A stretch of 63,992 nucleotides of DNA, the filler included, from Choristocarpus tenellus KU-1152 (Eukaryota; Protista; Phaeophyceae), in the NCBI GenBank assembly GCA_964200185.2. It is 9 parts of 9 records of this genome, joined end to end, with 100 filler letters (N's around TTAATTAATTAA, not from the genome) between each part and the next. Parts side by side here need not be neighbours in the genome. Positions count along the whole stretch, not along the records: positions 1 to 10,977 come from CAXNAD020002590.1; positions 11,078 to 18,479 come from CAXNAD020006211.1; 7 more parts are not named here. One strand, given 5' to 3'. The position numbers and the translations under genes are program-made. The notes under the pieces were generated by a model that was not told the DNA's origin, ran no database searches, and saw nothing but the letters and a program-made list of their open reading frames with translations. This document shows, piece by piece, positions 1 to 12,429 of this stretch (positions are counted from its first letter, which is position 1; the number at the start of each line of letters is the position of its first letter).

Positions 1-75
1 ATCACCGAAAAATCGCGACATGAAAAAAATTGACCGCAAACAGACAGTCGCTACCCCCCCCAGATACTTTAAGCC
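1..75 (-). mobile_element. Partial MITE-B copy (terminal inverted repeat end)
   Basis: Reverse complement of the MITE-B left end (ggctcaaagtatctggggg...caattttttcatgtc) seen at 53619 and 55510. Confidence 0.75.
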
Positions 76-499
76 ATTCAGAAGAATATCGCTTCTAAAA
101 GTTCCAGATCTTTCTGCTCTTAACTACATTGAAATTGTGTGTAGAGATATGGAAGCTTTCCTTCTAGAATGTGTTGTTTTGATTAAAACTACCAAACACA
201 ATTCCTTGTATTCCGCCGCATTTCACTCACACACTTTGAAACACTTTGTATATATGGTGCAATACTAACAATTCACACATGGTGCAGGGGGGGTTGGGAA
301 TTCCTGAAGGTGTAATTTGTTACACAAAAACTGTATGTAATTAATTGAAGAGCGATGATAATGGGGAAGTAGAAGAACTACCTCAATGGTTGTACCTTCC
401 ATCCATACTATTTCTTTAACCCTAATATGTCTAAATCAAAGGGAAAGTTTACGAAGTAATCTGAGTTCTGTGGGCGGAAGAATTCTGGTTCGAGGGGGC

Positions 500-700
500 G
501 CAGGGGAAGGGAGAGGACAGGGAGAAAAATAGGAATTAGCCAAGAGGGTGAACGAAGACTTAAGTACTGAGTGGCTAGGAGAATGAGGAGAGAAGTTAAA
601 CAAACGAGTGGTAGATGGGGGTACAAGCAAAGAAGGAATGACCAGTATTAAAAAGAATACCAAGGGCTGGTGGTACAGGATGTGGAGGGCTAGAACAAGA
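500..700 (+). pseudogene. Possible degenerate Tc1/IS630-like transposase fragment
   Basis: Reads ELAKRVNEDLSTEWLGE*GEKLNKRVV...KGWWY with stops. It loosely resembles the segment that follows the HTH in the family seen at 51445. Confidence 0.25.
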
Positions 701-989
701 CAACTTCAGAGCAAACTCTCCAACCCACCCACCCTGTCACTTGCTCACGATCGATGGGGATGCTGGGAAAAGGGAGGGGAGGTCAAGTTTGGGAAGGGTA
801 GATGTCTTCTAACTCAAAGGCATGGTATGGAGTGGATGATGAATGGGTGTTCTTGGATGATTGTAGAGTGGGGTTGAGTGGTGTGGGGTTGAGTAGGGTT
901 GAATCGTGTGGTGGAGTGGTAGGTGGGGTGGGGTGGAATGAAGGGGTAACTGATTGAGTGGAGTGGTAACTGGTGTGGGGTTGAAGGGT

Positions 990-1325
990 GGGGGGGTTTC
1001 TGGAAATCAGTGACGAAGGGGTCTCACTGGTTGGTCATCAGATGTGGGGGATGACTGGAAATCAGTGGTGAAGGGGGTTCGCACTGGTTGGTCATCAGGT
1101 GTGGGGGGTGACTGGAAACCAGTGGCAAAAGGGGTTCGCACTGGTTGGTCATCAAATGTGGGGGGTGACTGGAAACCAGTGGCGAAGGGGGGTTCGCTCT
1201 AGTTGGTCATCAGAGGTGGGCGTTGGCTGGAAAATCAGTTTTGAAAGGGGTTCATATTGGTGGGGCCATCGCAAGGGGGAGGATGGGAAATCAGTGGTGA
1301 AGAGGTCGCACTGGGTGGTCATAAG
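990..1325. repeat. G-rich minisatellite, about 6 copies of a ~57-bp unit
   Basis: Unit gggggtgactggaaa(t/c)cagtggcgaagggggttcgcactggttggtcatcagatgt. The ctggaaa core recurs at about 1000, 1055, 1112, 1169, 1227 and, degenerately, 1284. Confidence 0.9.
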
Positions 1326-1430
1326 TGAGGGTACAATGGGGGGGGAGGGGGAGGGGGAATAGGTGGATTGCAAGCAGAGAATAAAATAATAATAATGATA
1401 ATAATGCAGAATTCGTGAGCAAAACAAAAC

Positions 1431-2260
1431 TAGTGTTCTGAATCGTAGTGATTGAATCGGTCCGATTGGATTAAATCACAGGTTACTCAAAACCAAATTT
1501 TTTGGGACTGGTTGGTTATTTTTATTTTTCATCTGTGGAATATTTCTAGAAGACAAGGATCATAGTTTGTTAGGACTACAAAATACACAATGACTTTGTG
1601 TAGGTACTCTGAAGATGGTGAATGTGGGTTTCTGCACGAGTTTGACATCTACGTCGATTCACCTTATGGATATGCCCTTCCATGCGTGAAGGATGACAGC
1701 AAGGAAGATGAAGGGTTAGACGAGGTGGAACATACCTCAAATGTGGTTGAGCTGACTGTGGACTAAGATAAAGTGAATCTGTGAAGGAATGCCAAAAAAT
1801 GAAGCCCCTTGGGTCGGGGGCTAATATCTGGCGCTTCTTTAGTGCGTATACGAGATGGAGAATGCCCAATGTAGCTATATATATGCTCTCTAGGTGTGTC
1901 AAGGATGACGACTTCTCAAAAGTCGAGATCAAGCTAGGAGATTTGAAGTCAATGACCAGCAGTAGGAATCATCTGCAAAACTCAAAGCTTGTTCAGAGGG
2001 AAGTCCTTCATGAGTTAGCTGGTATCTTCCTGAGATTGAAAAGTTCGCGTCAGGTGGTCAGCGCAGGTGGACAAATATTTTTCGCTCAAGGCACCAGAGT
2101 GGGCCACTCTTCTTTCCCACCTCATCGTCACGAACGATAGTCACTGTTTTAGAGACGCTCTTACATCCCAGCCTCTCATACCTTGTTCTGCATGCCTTCG
2201 CGTCGTGGATGTCAATTGTATCTTTGTTCTTCAATCTTCGAGCGTGTTGTCAACTACGAT
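1431..2260 (+). mobile_element. hAT DNA transposon 5' remnant (degenerate BED zinc finger)
   Basis: ORF 1781 contains ANIWRFFSAY...VEIKLGDLKSMTSSRNHLQ, which follows a BED-finger pattern. There are hAT-like TAGTG termini at 1431 and 1446, plus frameshifts and stops. Confidence 0.5.
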
Positions 2261-2382
2261 GAAACAACTTCCAAATATACACAGAAATCACCAAGAAGTC
2301 AACTTGTACGACGAACACAGTCGCATAACTGAAAGAATTAATCAGAAAGCAAAAACATAACATTTTGAAAATTGAAAGATAC

Positions 2383-2458
2383 CGTCATTACTATAAATCG
2401 TGTGATTCTGTGGCGGCATGGTTCACTCAGGCAAGGGTGTGGTGAAGAGAATCACCAG
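2383..2458 (+). repeat. Dispersed TE-derived repeat shared with 52000-52073
   Basis: aatcgtgtgattctgtggcggc(a/g)tggttcactcaggcaagggtg...gaagagaatcacc occurs on two different contigs. Confidence 0.8.
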
Positions 2459-3899
2459 GTAAGACAGACCAGATGGACCAAGGCGAACCGTAATCGAGAG
2501 GACAAGGTTAAGGTTGGACAAGTGCAAGACTGCTTGGACTTGGAGAAAAACTGTGGAGTGATGCGAATCTTACGAGAGGGGGATCATCACAAAAGTCAAA
2601 ACTTGACAACAAAGAGAATCTTTGATGTGTGACATATCTCTGATTGAAGAGATGTCCACTACTTGTGGGATTGATCTCTTGAAAGATTCCACACCTCAAA
2701 TATTCGTAAGGACCCTCCACTGGAATCGGGGATTCCTGACAAGGAAACCTCAATCGATATAATGGTATATATCACATACGGCAATAACGGTATAACAGAA
2801 GACAAACATGCTTCTCACATTACTGATGAAAATTAATAGAATATAAAATAAGCATGTCTGGTAATATAATATTAGTGTAAGAAATGGATATACTATGTGC
2901 CATAAATGTAAGTATCACACACACCATGTCCAACTTGTTCAGTACAAGATAGAAATATCTGACAAGGAAGGAAAACGTTGTATAATAGAAAAGAGTAGTG
3001 TTACATCCTACTTTCCTGTTTAGAGGTGTTTTGGACTGTATTGTAGCATTCTGCTATAATAGCTTTCGTAATTGACAGTTCTCGCATTTGACCTCAGGAA
3101 TAGCTGATTTGACCCCCTGCCCACCTCCTCCGTGTCTCGGGGTATGTATTTCGACCCAGTGCATCTCATCCGCTGTTCTCCAAAGTGCAAGTACAATCTT
3201 CTGTTGTTGCGGTGTGGTCTTCATACACCATCCCTGATACTGCACTAGCATTTATATTGTAACTTCATGTCTCTGAGATTTCGTGGTCTTACTTCAACAT
3301 GTTAGGTTCATCATCATAATAATCCGTTCATCTCAAGGAGCCAAATCAATTGAGAGGTATAAAAGTTTGGGTCCTTTGCATTCTAAGCCATATTTTCTTG
3401 CCCAGTGCAATACACTCTGTTCCATTGCTTTACATACGCACGATAGTGTACGCAAAATCGAAGTTCCCCTTTCCATATTTAAGGTAAAGCCTCTTTTTGC
3501 AATTGTACGAAATGAAATATCTTTGCCCTTTCTCGGGATCCTTAAAAGGCAACCCCGCCTACCTCCTAAGTCATTCGGCTCAAGGTACGTGAAAAAAAGC
3601 CCACTTTCTCGTGACGGACTGCGACTGTTTCAACCTTAGTGGTATGCCAGGCGTCGATGAACCATTTTGTTCCATCCGTCACACATCGGAGCCACCAGTT
3701 TAAGTGTGCTGGAAGTGAAACTCACTGATCATCAGCTGTGATGTTGGAACCCTATACACATGCGCCATCACCACCTTTAAAATATGCCGTCCATAATCTG
3801 AAACGGTTGCGTTGAGAGGGACCAAAGAGCGACCGTGGAATGAAACTAAGATACTATATCTAACATATAATAAAACGAGTACCAAAATAATTGTTCTCA

Positions 3900-6800
3900 C
3901 ACGGAAAATTATTTTGTAATAATAATAGAATGCAATGGGCGTGCTAGACACTAAGGGCAATACTCGAGACGAAGTGATGAAGAGTGATAGGAATAGGATG
4001 ATAGGTGGAGGTCGCCTCGACCCCGTCATTTCCCAACCCCGCGCCGATAGTACGGGTGCTAATGGAAATCCCCTCACGGACGACATACAATCGTCGGAAG
4101 ATGGAATACGGTCAGATTCTACCTCTATCCCTGTGGTTATCCACCACTCAAATATCAATTCCTTCAATCATTCTTTGGAGCATAGTCCATCAACTTGTCG
4201 GCAACTATCAGCAGCGAAGTCGAATTGGCTGTTTATTGCCTCGTGGTGGCAGCTTGAGGGGGGGGTCAAGATGACCTGACTCTCCTCTGCTGAACTTGAT
4301 TGATACTCCTGTGATTGTTAGCGACAGATTGGAGCGATTTATTCAGAATCTCTGGAGTAGGATAAGTAGGGATGTAGGACTCTGGTTTACGATAGCCACA
4401 CAATTGTTCAGGATTTGGTGGGTGAGACGAGTTGGTTGATAAACCTGCTCCGCGTTTATTGCCCTCCCTGTCCATCCCAACAGTCACCTACAAGTAATAA
4501 AGCCTTTTCGGCACCAAGCCTCGTTGACAACGGTTCCTGAGTCTTTCTCTACCAGGAACGACACAGTGGCACCCTCCCTTGCGAGGGCAGGTATTACCAG
4601 AACTAGAAAATTTGCAGGCATGGTGACAACTACATTCAGGCAAAGCTCCACTCGCGGGTTGTGGTCGAAGTACCTTGAGGAGCGTAGCAAAGAGAGACAG
4701 GTGAAAGGGATTCTTTCGATCTTTGTTCCACTTTCTCTATATTTTGAAAGGTGTTTGGTGTTTGAAACAGTGCATACTGATACGTGGGCCAAAGAAGAAA
4801 CACTAAGAAATACATATAAGCACAGATATACACTGTAAGTTCTTGCCTCCTGCCTCCTCAACCCTATTTGTAATCTCTCTAGCAGGAGATTGGATACTGG
4901 AGAAATATATATCTAACTCAGCGTTGTATCAAAATAAAACGACAAGAAACAACTCTTGAAATTTGTTTTTAAGATTCCTGATGCGAGAGAGATTGTGACC
5001 TGAAGAGATTTCGTCCCTACCACGTGTGGATGACCGGGAGATTATAGTGATACAATGACACCTCATTCCTATGCAATAGTGGATGCGTTGGTGCAGATCT
5101 CGACTCCATGTATATCTTGCATTCTGATGAGTTGATTAAATCCATCAGGTCTTAGAGGACCAGCGCAGGTTGAAGTGGGATGATCTGTGTAAATCACCTG
5201 CTAGGAAAGAGATATTCACGAACTTCAGCTGGCTTCACAAAGGTCTTAGGGTGGAGCGGGTTCAACGACTTAGACGTTGGAAGGTGGAGTCCCAATATAT
5301 ATATCTTATATGTTACTTGTGCTTACCTCACTCCATACCCAAAAATCTGCTCCATTGTGATTTATTTTGCCAATGCCACGAGATTTGCATCCCAGCCTGT
5401 TAGGATGTACTACTGTTGGCCTACGACTTACCACACTTCTCAATGAATACGACCTTGTGGCAAGTTGAAATTCTATTTGTGACACCTGCACCCATGTATA
5501 TCTACACATACTCACAGCAGAGCTGATTGCACGCTTTTCTCTTTTCATCATGAAACAACGTACACAGTTTGACGAACCGTTGTATTTATTACAGATTGCT
5601 GCACACTGCTACCCCTCCAGGGCCAGGTCTGGACCCGCATGGTCATGTGTGATCACTGCCATCTCACAGTCACTCCAGGGCCAGGGACCGTCTGCTGTAT
5701 CGCATGTGACATCGTTGTGCACGCAACCTGTTCTGAGTTAGTGGAGCACAAGATGACATACTTCAACCCGAGAACATGGATCTGTTCACACTGCCGTAAA
5801 GAGGTTGTCACACACGAGGGTGAAAATAGTGAGTCACAACTTCCTTTACTGTTTTGTGCACTGTAAGGATTAATGGGGTGCATGGAGAAACTGCTAGGTT
5901 GGTGACAGGGTAACCGCAGAAGTAATTACCACCTGATGTAATTAAATGGTTTAGAGTTTTTGCAACACTTCAGTAAAGAAGGATGCTGGAGACTGAACAT
6001 ATAATTTGATTTGGATAATATACTTTGAGTATATCTCCAATAACACAATCTGGAAATTGATGCTCAAAGGTTTGACAGTAGATGTCATTTCAGGTAGGTG
6101 TCCGGACAGCATCCACAAACCGCACTTCATGTTGTTGGATGTCACCATGATATCTCAGATAATACAAAAAATGTGTTTATTTATTGCTGCCTAGTACAGT
6201 ACAAGCATGTAAGTTTTATCCTCCTTGTTAAGCTCCGTTTATTTCCACCAAGTATAGAAAACACTGTACAGCGCTTGTTAGAACTCGACGATAGCATCAC
6301 AGTATTTCTAGATTAGATCCCCTGGTCTTCTCCTTGCACCACAATGACCCCTAAAGCCCCTCTCCTCCTACTGCAGTTGTTCAAACTGCATGCATCAACA
6401 AAGACAATGCAAAGAGAGCATCAAAGCTTCTCCGTGTGATACACAGGCTAAAGTTCAACCTCACACAAGATCGCAAAGCGCTCCATGGGATACTGTGTAC
6501 CCAGGCTGCATGGCGAGGCAGAAAATCAAGGCTGTGGTTTCGCCAGCATTTTCATGTCAGGGATCTTTTCTCAGAGGCCTATAAGTGCATAATAACGATT
6601 TGATTGTACTTTGAGAGTCTGTATTGTAGTCACCTGATACAAAGTCACGGACACTGAAAAAAAAAAAATGTTATAAATTTGGAGACAATTGGTCATGCCA
6701 ATCAGCAACGTGTTGGTTTGGTGTATCCCCTATTGCAGTGGATATATAAGGCATCAGATGACCACTGACACTTTACCTGAAATTCACCAAATTGTTGACA

Positions 6801-6900
6801 TACATGCTTCATCAAAGGAAACATACAAGGCGTGGCATGTTGAGGTCACTAATGTGGAAGGACTCCGTCCAAGCAGGGTGAGTTTACAAGTATGATGGAC
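3900..6900 (+). mobile_element. Decayed intron-containing DNA transposon, possibly Sola-like
   Basis: Fragments LWSKYLEERSKERQV (4660), KRFRPYHV (5005), a PHD finger (5640) and GDNWSCQ...KHT (6683-6830) loosely match Sola-type transposase motifs. There are many stops. Confidence 0.3.
5639..5866 (+). CDS. PHD zinc-finger coding segment (exon or TE-captured)
   Basis: CDHC-x9-VCCIAC-x4-HATC-x15-WICSHC gives the complete C4HC3 pattern with the conserved W. Confidence 0.7.
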   Translation: MVMCDHCHLTVTPGPGTVCCIACDIVVHATCSELVEHKMTYFNPRTWICSHCRKEVVTHEGENSESQLPLLFCAL

Positions 6901-7110
6901 ACTTGGCCTGTGATGATAGATGATAATAATTCCCCCAGACCAGTCCACTTTCCCTTTTCCCTGAGATGCAGTCACACTGAACTATATAGTAAGTACTTGT
7001 CCTAAGTCCTTAGATTTTCCACATATGTACACACCTCGAATGACAACATGAACCAGATCCCATGCAAGAACCACGAAAACTTATGAAGAAGGGGGTTCTT
7101 CATTAATAAT

Positions 7111-7368
7111 AAGTCAAAGTATCTTAGAGGATACAGCCACGTCCAAACGGCGGTCAAAATCCAATGTTGCGATTTTGATGTAATGCTGGCTATCGTGTTT
7201 GTTAGCAAGTGTTAATATCCTTGCTCCGGACTCACCTTTTTATAAGGTATACATTGTACCTACTCCAAAACATTTCGGAGTAGGAAATTGCTGTAAGAAA
7301 CCCCTGGGAAGCCAAGTCCCAAATGGACAAACAGGATAAAACTGGTACCCTCTAAGATACTTTCACTC
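7111..7368 (+). mobile_element. MITE-A full copy
   Basis: TIRs (a)agtcaaagtatcttagagg...ccctctaagatactttcactc, with an AAT duplication flanking. Confidence 0.9.
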
Positions 7369-8289
7369 AATAACTGTATAGAGAGGAGTTCTTCTGAACT
7401 CACGGCACGCACGTAGGAGAGATTCCTGCTTTGGGGAACTACCCTCGCTATTATGGGAGCCAGAAATACGTGTGGGAATTGTGCAGTGATGCACCCGTCA
7501 AAGTGTACTAACTTGCGCCTGACATCCTTTACTAGGGGTTTCGGATCCACCCCCCATTTTTTCCATCTGTTTTTGTGCATTGACCGAGCGGTTCATCATT
7601 TTGTGTGTGTGAAGTAAACGGTGTCAGGTGCAAATGAGTATTTTTAAAGGGCACATTCACAACGTGATTCCCAAAAATATTTATGACTCCCTTGATAGGG
7701 GGGTGGTTCCCCAAGTGAGGGTGGCTCCCATGTGCATTTCGGTTTGGTGGTCCAATCGTTAGCTCTTAGGTTGGTCAAAATGATAATATGTGATTGTATG
7801 GAAGGTTGTACCATAGATGTTGGTTCTGCTGGACTCTAAGTTGCTCTGTTAGGATTACAAAGCATGTAGTATGCAACACCTACTGAGAGTCATAGATGTG
7901 ATTCATCTAATTGTGCTGCAGAGATTCTTGGCCACTAAGTATAGATCGATTCATCTAGACAATACCACAACACAGGAGGACGCACAATGATTTACACCTG
8001 CAACCATTGACATGGGTTTTCGCCTTCTATGTTCAACAGTTATCTCTAATGAGAACTTTGTTTTCCTATGTCTTTTTATGTGCATGACTGTGACTGGATA
8101 TGTACCGAGTCCCAGTCCAATCCAGCGTGGGAATAAACTGATGAGGCCTCATTGATGTACTCAATGCTGAATCCAGTGACCATCAAGATTGTTACAACCT
8201 TTCCTCTGGAGATCTAGTACTGTAGCAACTCTACCCCTGTATTATGGCAGTACCTATATTAATATGGGAGGGTGCAAATGTTTTTTTCA

Positions 8290-8546
8290 TTGATAGTATC
8301 TTAGAGGGTACGAGTTTTGCCCTGTTTGTCCGTTTGGGGCTTGGCTTCCCACGTTTTTTTAAATGACACTTTCCTGCCCCGAAATGTTTTGGAGTAGATA
8401 AAATGTATATGTTATGAAGAAGTGTGTCTGGAACAAGGATATTGGCACTTCCTAACAAACACGATAGCCAGAATTACATCTAAATCGCAACATCGGATTT
8501 TGACCCCCAAACGGACGCGGCTCTACCCTCTAAGATACTTTGACTC
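8290..8546 (-). mobile_element. MITE-A copy
   Basis: Reverse complement of the 7111 copy, ending ccctctaagatactttgactc. The left TIR is degraded. Confidence 0.88.
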
Positions 8547-10977
8547 TCAGTCAACATGTGTGCTTTGAGGTACACAGTTGTAGTGGGAATTATTTTAGCT
8601 CTGAAAGACACTCATTCATTTGTTGCTTTTAGGTGTACCTATTGCGCTTGAAAAAGCTTTGGGTGCCATTGAAATCTCTACATCTCCCTTGATGTATAGC
8701 TGTTTCTCTGTCATGCATGACACCAGGGTGACGGGAGCCCCTCACATCCACAAACATTTTGTCGTCCATGACTTTCCCTCCTGTGATGCGGGCGGATTAT
8801 GTTTCCGTCATTACTTGCACTCGGAGAAAATCATCTTTCTCCTCTCTCCTCTCTCCTGCCTCCAAAAAATGAGTAACATCTTTAAATCAATAGAATATCG
8901 AATCACCTCGCCCCTCACCGTACTTTGAAGAAATTTGTGCATGCATAAATATGACGCACAGATACAGTATGTGATTATGTGGACTATGCCCACTGCTTTG
9001 ATACATTTCCAATATATTTTCAAGTCCTTTTTCTTTGTATCTCCCATTTTTTTGGAGAAGTGCCCTCTGCAGGATGTAGCCAAAGCATACTTCAATACAT
9101 TTTGTCCCCTGTAGAATCTCGGAATGTGCACCCCGTGAACTACCAGCAATCTCTGGAGTAACTAACTTTCCTTCTTCTCCACTGCTGTACTTCGACCTAC
9201 TTATTCTGTCTCTCCTTCTACATTGTGTAAGAGTTGTACTTTCTCAATACTCAAGGCCTCCAGCATACAGTCAGTCATCTCGACAAGCAGAAAAGTATAT
9301 ATTTAAAAGAATCTCCGCCTACCCTGTGCATCAACACAGTCTCCTTCTTTCCTGGGTAGCTTTGTACGCCATTGATGGTACACATTACATACTCGTTTAC
9401 TGCATGTCATCGTTTTAAGCTTGGCACCTCAATTTAAGTCTGTCTTCCTAAATATATTGATTCTATCGCTCTACAAACTTAATCTCATCTTACAGTCCCC
9501 AGCTTTTCATTATTCGCAACCCTATTGGGCATTCATTCCTACCATATTATGCCAATAGGTTCAAGGCAGTACCTACTCTGCCACGTGTATTTCGCTTCTT
9601 TCTTGGATACCTCTTCCTACCTTTCCATGAATATAGAGAGCAAATTAATTGTAATGTAGTATTTTGGAAACTAAGCTTCAACTTAGTCTGTGATGTGTGT
9701 AGAGCAGGGCCTTGAAAGTGGGATTGTGGCTCGTTGCTGTCTGCTTTGGAGGTGGAAAAGTTGCACTGCTTCTTGACCAGGGTAATTTTCCTGTTGGGAT
9801 CGGTACAACTTATCAGCAGGGATCCTGACGCAGGAACGTCCTAGAATGAATTTCAGATTGCATCTCAAGCACATATCCTCACTAATCCATTCTACTGTGC
9901 ATCGCTTGCTGCAACTTGTCTATATGGCTCTTGGTGCTCAGGCATTTAATCAACATCCCAGCTCCTACAAGGTTATTATATCGGTATGTGAAGATCTCAC
10001 CCACATGGGTATTGCTGAAACTGTCTTCCCTACTCAACTTTACCGCTTCGACCTCATGGGGGTGAGATTCACCAATTCCCCAAGTCCAACAGGCCTGCCA
10101 CACAGTTCCCAAGGTCCGCAGGGTGCCAATCCCACCGATAGGGGCAAGGACAGAGGGGGAGGTCAGCAACCCCTCACTCTTTTGGGTAAGAAGGGCAGCC
10201 ACTTGTCACTTCTCGGTCTGAAAGATGGAGTAGAGGAAGATGCAAAGTCACTGCCGAGCAAAGCTGCAGTGACCTTTCACACAACAAGGGGGGGTAATGT
10301 TAGAGGTGGCATCCTCGAGAGGGAGGTAAGATAACAAGGTTTTCCAGGATGGATTTCAGGCTTGGGAAGTGGTAATGTACCAATCTCCAACTGCTACCTC
10401 AAGAGTGCCTCTCATTCCACGGGCAGAGCTGTGAATGGCAGGGTGATAACAATAGCGTCAAGTTTGTCTGAAAGCTAATACAAAACCGCTGTGACACTCG
10501 CATTGGTAATATGAAAATATATCTGCTCAATATTAAAATTGTGAGAGCATAGCGCCCTACCCCGTTCCCTAGCACTCCCACAACGTCAACAAGTCTCGAA
10601 AGCTTTGGTCAGCATTTACGAAACGAGTCAGCAACGGAGACGGTGAATCTATCAGCGAGTGCGTAGATTTCAACCATGAGGTAAGCCGCTGCTCTTGCTA
10701 CCATTGTCACCATCAGATGTTACTCAATTTGGAAAAAGCTTGAATTCGTTGAGAACAAGTGTTGCTATGGCCTGCACAAGAACTCTACTCTGAAGCTGTA
10801 AATCTTATTTGTTGTACATCAACTATTAAAAGTTTTGCTTTCAGTCCAGGCTTGGAGTGTTGATGAGGAGTATATGACAGCAGGTATCTTTGCTGAATCT
10901 GTAACTTCCCTCGTCTTGGCTGTGTCTCATCTAACACCTTGGGTTCAAAGTATCTGGGGGGGGGATGGTTTGTGAGG

Positions 10978-11077
10978 NNNNNNNNNNNNNNNNNNNNNNN
11001 NNNNNNNNNNNNNNNNNNNNNTTAATTAATTAANNNNNNNNNNNNNNNNNNNNNNNNNNNNNNNNNNNNNNNNNNNN
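10978..11077. other. Artificial contig linker N44-TTAATTAATTAA-N44
   Basis: Identical 100-nt spacer with stop codons in all six frames, repeated 8 times in the window. Confidence 0.97.
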
Positions 11078-11179
11078 CACCCACCCCCCTAGAAAATCTG
11101 GGCCACCTACCCCCACAATCGTGTCTGCCACGGGGCGTTCATACCCCAAATGTTGCTTCTGCCCTTGACCATGTCCAGA

Positions 11180-11910
11180 TGAAGATCCTGGAGCGAGTAA
11201 GCATCACCATGGTTAAGAAGGTCCCTGGCAGGCTTCACACCACCCATGCAATCACTCTCATGCAAACAGTGGATCTCCTGGAGCATGAAATAACCGCCCC
11301 AAGGCTAGAGGAGAGGACCCCAACAGTAGGAACGATCAGAGCGTCCAAGGTCCTCCACCTAGTCTCTGGTTTTTTACTGGTCAATGATGAAAAGTTCTAG
11401 AGGGAGGAAAGGTTCACCTGTGAAGCATCAGGGAACATACAGGAGTTGGTAGCATGATTATTTGAACGATCCTAGAGGACCAGCAGACGTAGGGGTCCCC
11501 CAAAGATGACCCTAAATCCCACCATGAACAAGCTGCAGCGCTTGGTCACCACCGTAGAGGTATCTCCAAGGGGGCAAGTGTTCTCCTATCACAGTTTAGT
11601 GCCCCGAGGACAGAATAAACTTTCAGGGTGTTGGTTCCCAAGCACCCAAACGAGAATCCATATGAGCTGAGGCAAGCCAAAATGGAAGCAAAAGATAGGG
11701 TGGAAAGGGAAACAGGGTCTGGGGAACAATGGTACTGTCCCCCTGAGAGGGAGTACACCCCCACCTCCTTGTGGACAGCCTTCGTGAGAGCGAACAGCAA
11801 CTCCACGCCAGGTCTCGATGGGATACGCCCCAGTCATATCCGATCGGTCATCACGACAGATGTTGACCACGAAGAAGTAGTGGTGTCGTTTGCTAAGCTT
11901 TGGGAGCTAG
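11180..11910 (+). mobile_element. CRE-clade non-LTR retrotransposon remnant (upstream of and including RT domain 0)
   Basis: LVPKHP...NSTPGLDGIRPSHIRSV matches the CRE-type L..KHP and S.PGPDGLRP.HL motifs. It is truncated by a MITE. Confidence 0.6.
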
Positions 11911-12182
11911 CTTAGGAGGGTAGGAGTTTTGCTCTATTTGTCCGTTTGGGGCTTGGCTTGCCCTGGGTTTTGATGACATTTTCCTACTCCGAAACGTTTC
12001 GGAGTAGGTAAAAGGTATACATTTTGGAGTAGGTATAATGTTCAAAGCTAAGAAAAGATGTGTCTGGAACAAGGATATTGACACTTCCTAACAAACACGA
12101 TAGCCAAAATTGCATCAAAATCGCAACATTGGATTTTGGACCCCAAACAGACGCGGCTCTACCCTCTAAGATGCCTTGACTC
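11911..12182 (-). mobile_element. MITE-A copy (one TIR truncated)
   Basis: Central palindrome cctactccgaaacgtttcggagtagg and end accctctaagatgccttgactc. Confidence 0.88.
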
Positions 12183-12412
12183 TGTTGCGATTTTGATGCA
12201 ATTTTAGCTATCGTGTTTGTTAGCAAGCGTCAATATTCTTGCCTCGGACACCCTTTTCATAGTCGTGTACATTTGACCGACTCTGAAATGTTTCGGAGTT
12301 CGCAACTGTGTTAACAGGAACCTGAAAAAAGGGCAAAAAAAACCCGTGTGAAAAGACAAGCCCTGAACGGACAAGCAGGGGTAAACTCCTACCCTGCGAA
12401 ATTCTTGGATCC
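12183..12412 (+). mobile_element. Partial, older MITE-A-related copy abutting the previous copy
   Basis: tgttgcgattttgatgcaattttagctatcgtgtttgttagcaag...aacggacaagcaggggtaaactcctaccc is homologous to the MITE-A interior. Confidence 0.75.
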
Positions 12413-12429
12413 AACATACATTTTTTCAA

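Noticed and set aside
1576-1932. Minus-strand ILAPDPRG resembling a Fanzor/TnpB RuvC-I motif
   Set aside because: No RuvC-II/III or zinc finger follows, and the plus strand is better explained as a hAT BED finger.
11022-11033. Recurrent TTAATTAATTAA palindrome flanked by Ns
   Set aside because: It is an artificial six-frame-stop linker for concatenated contigs, not biology. ORFs containing X are artefacts.
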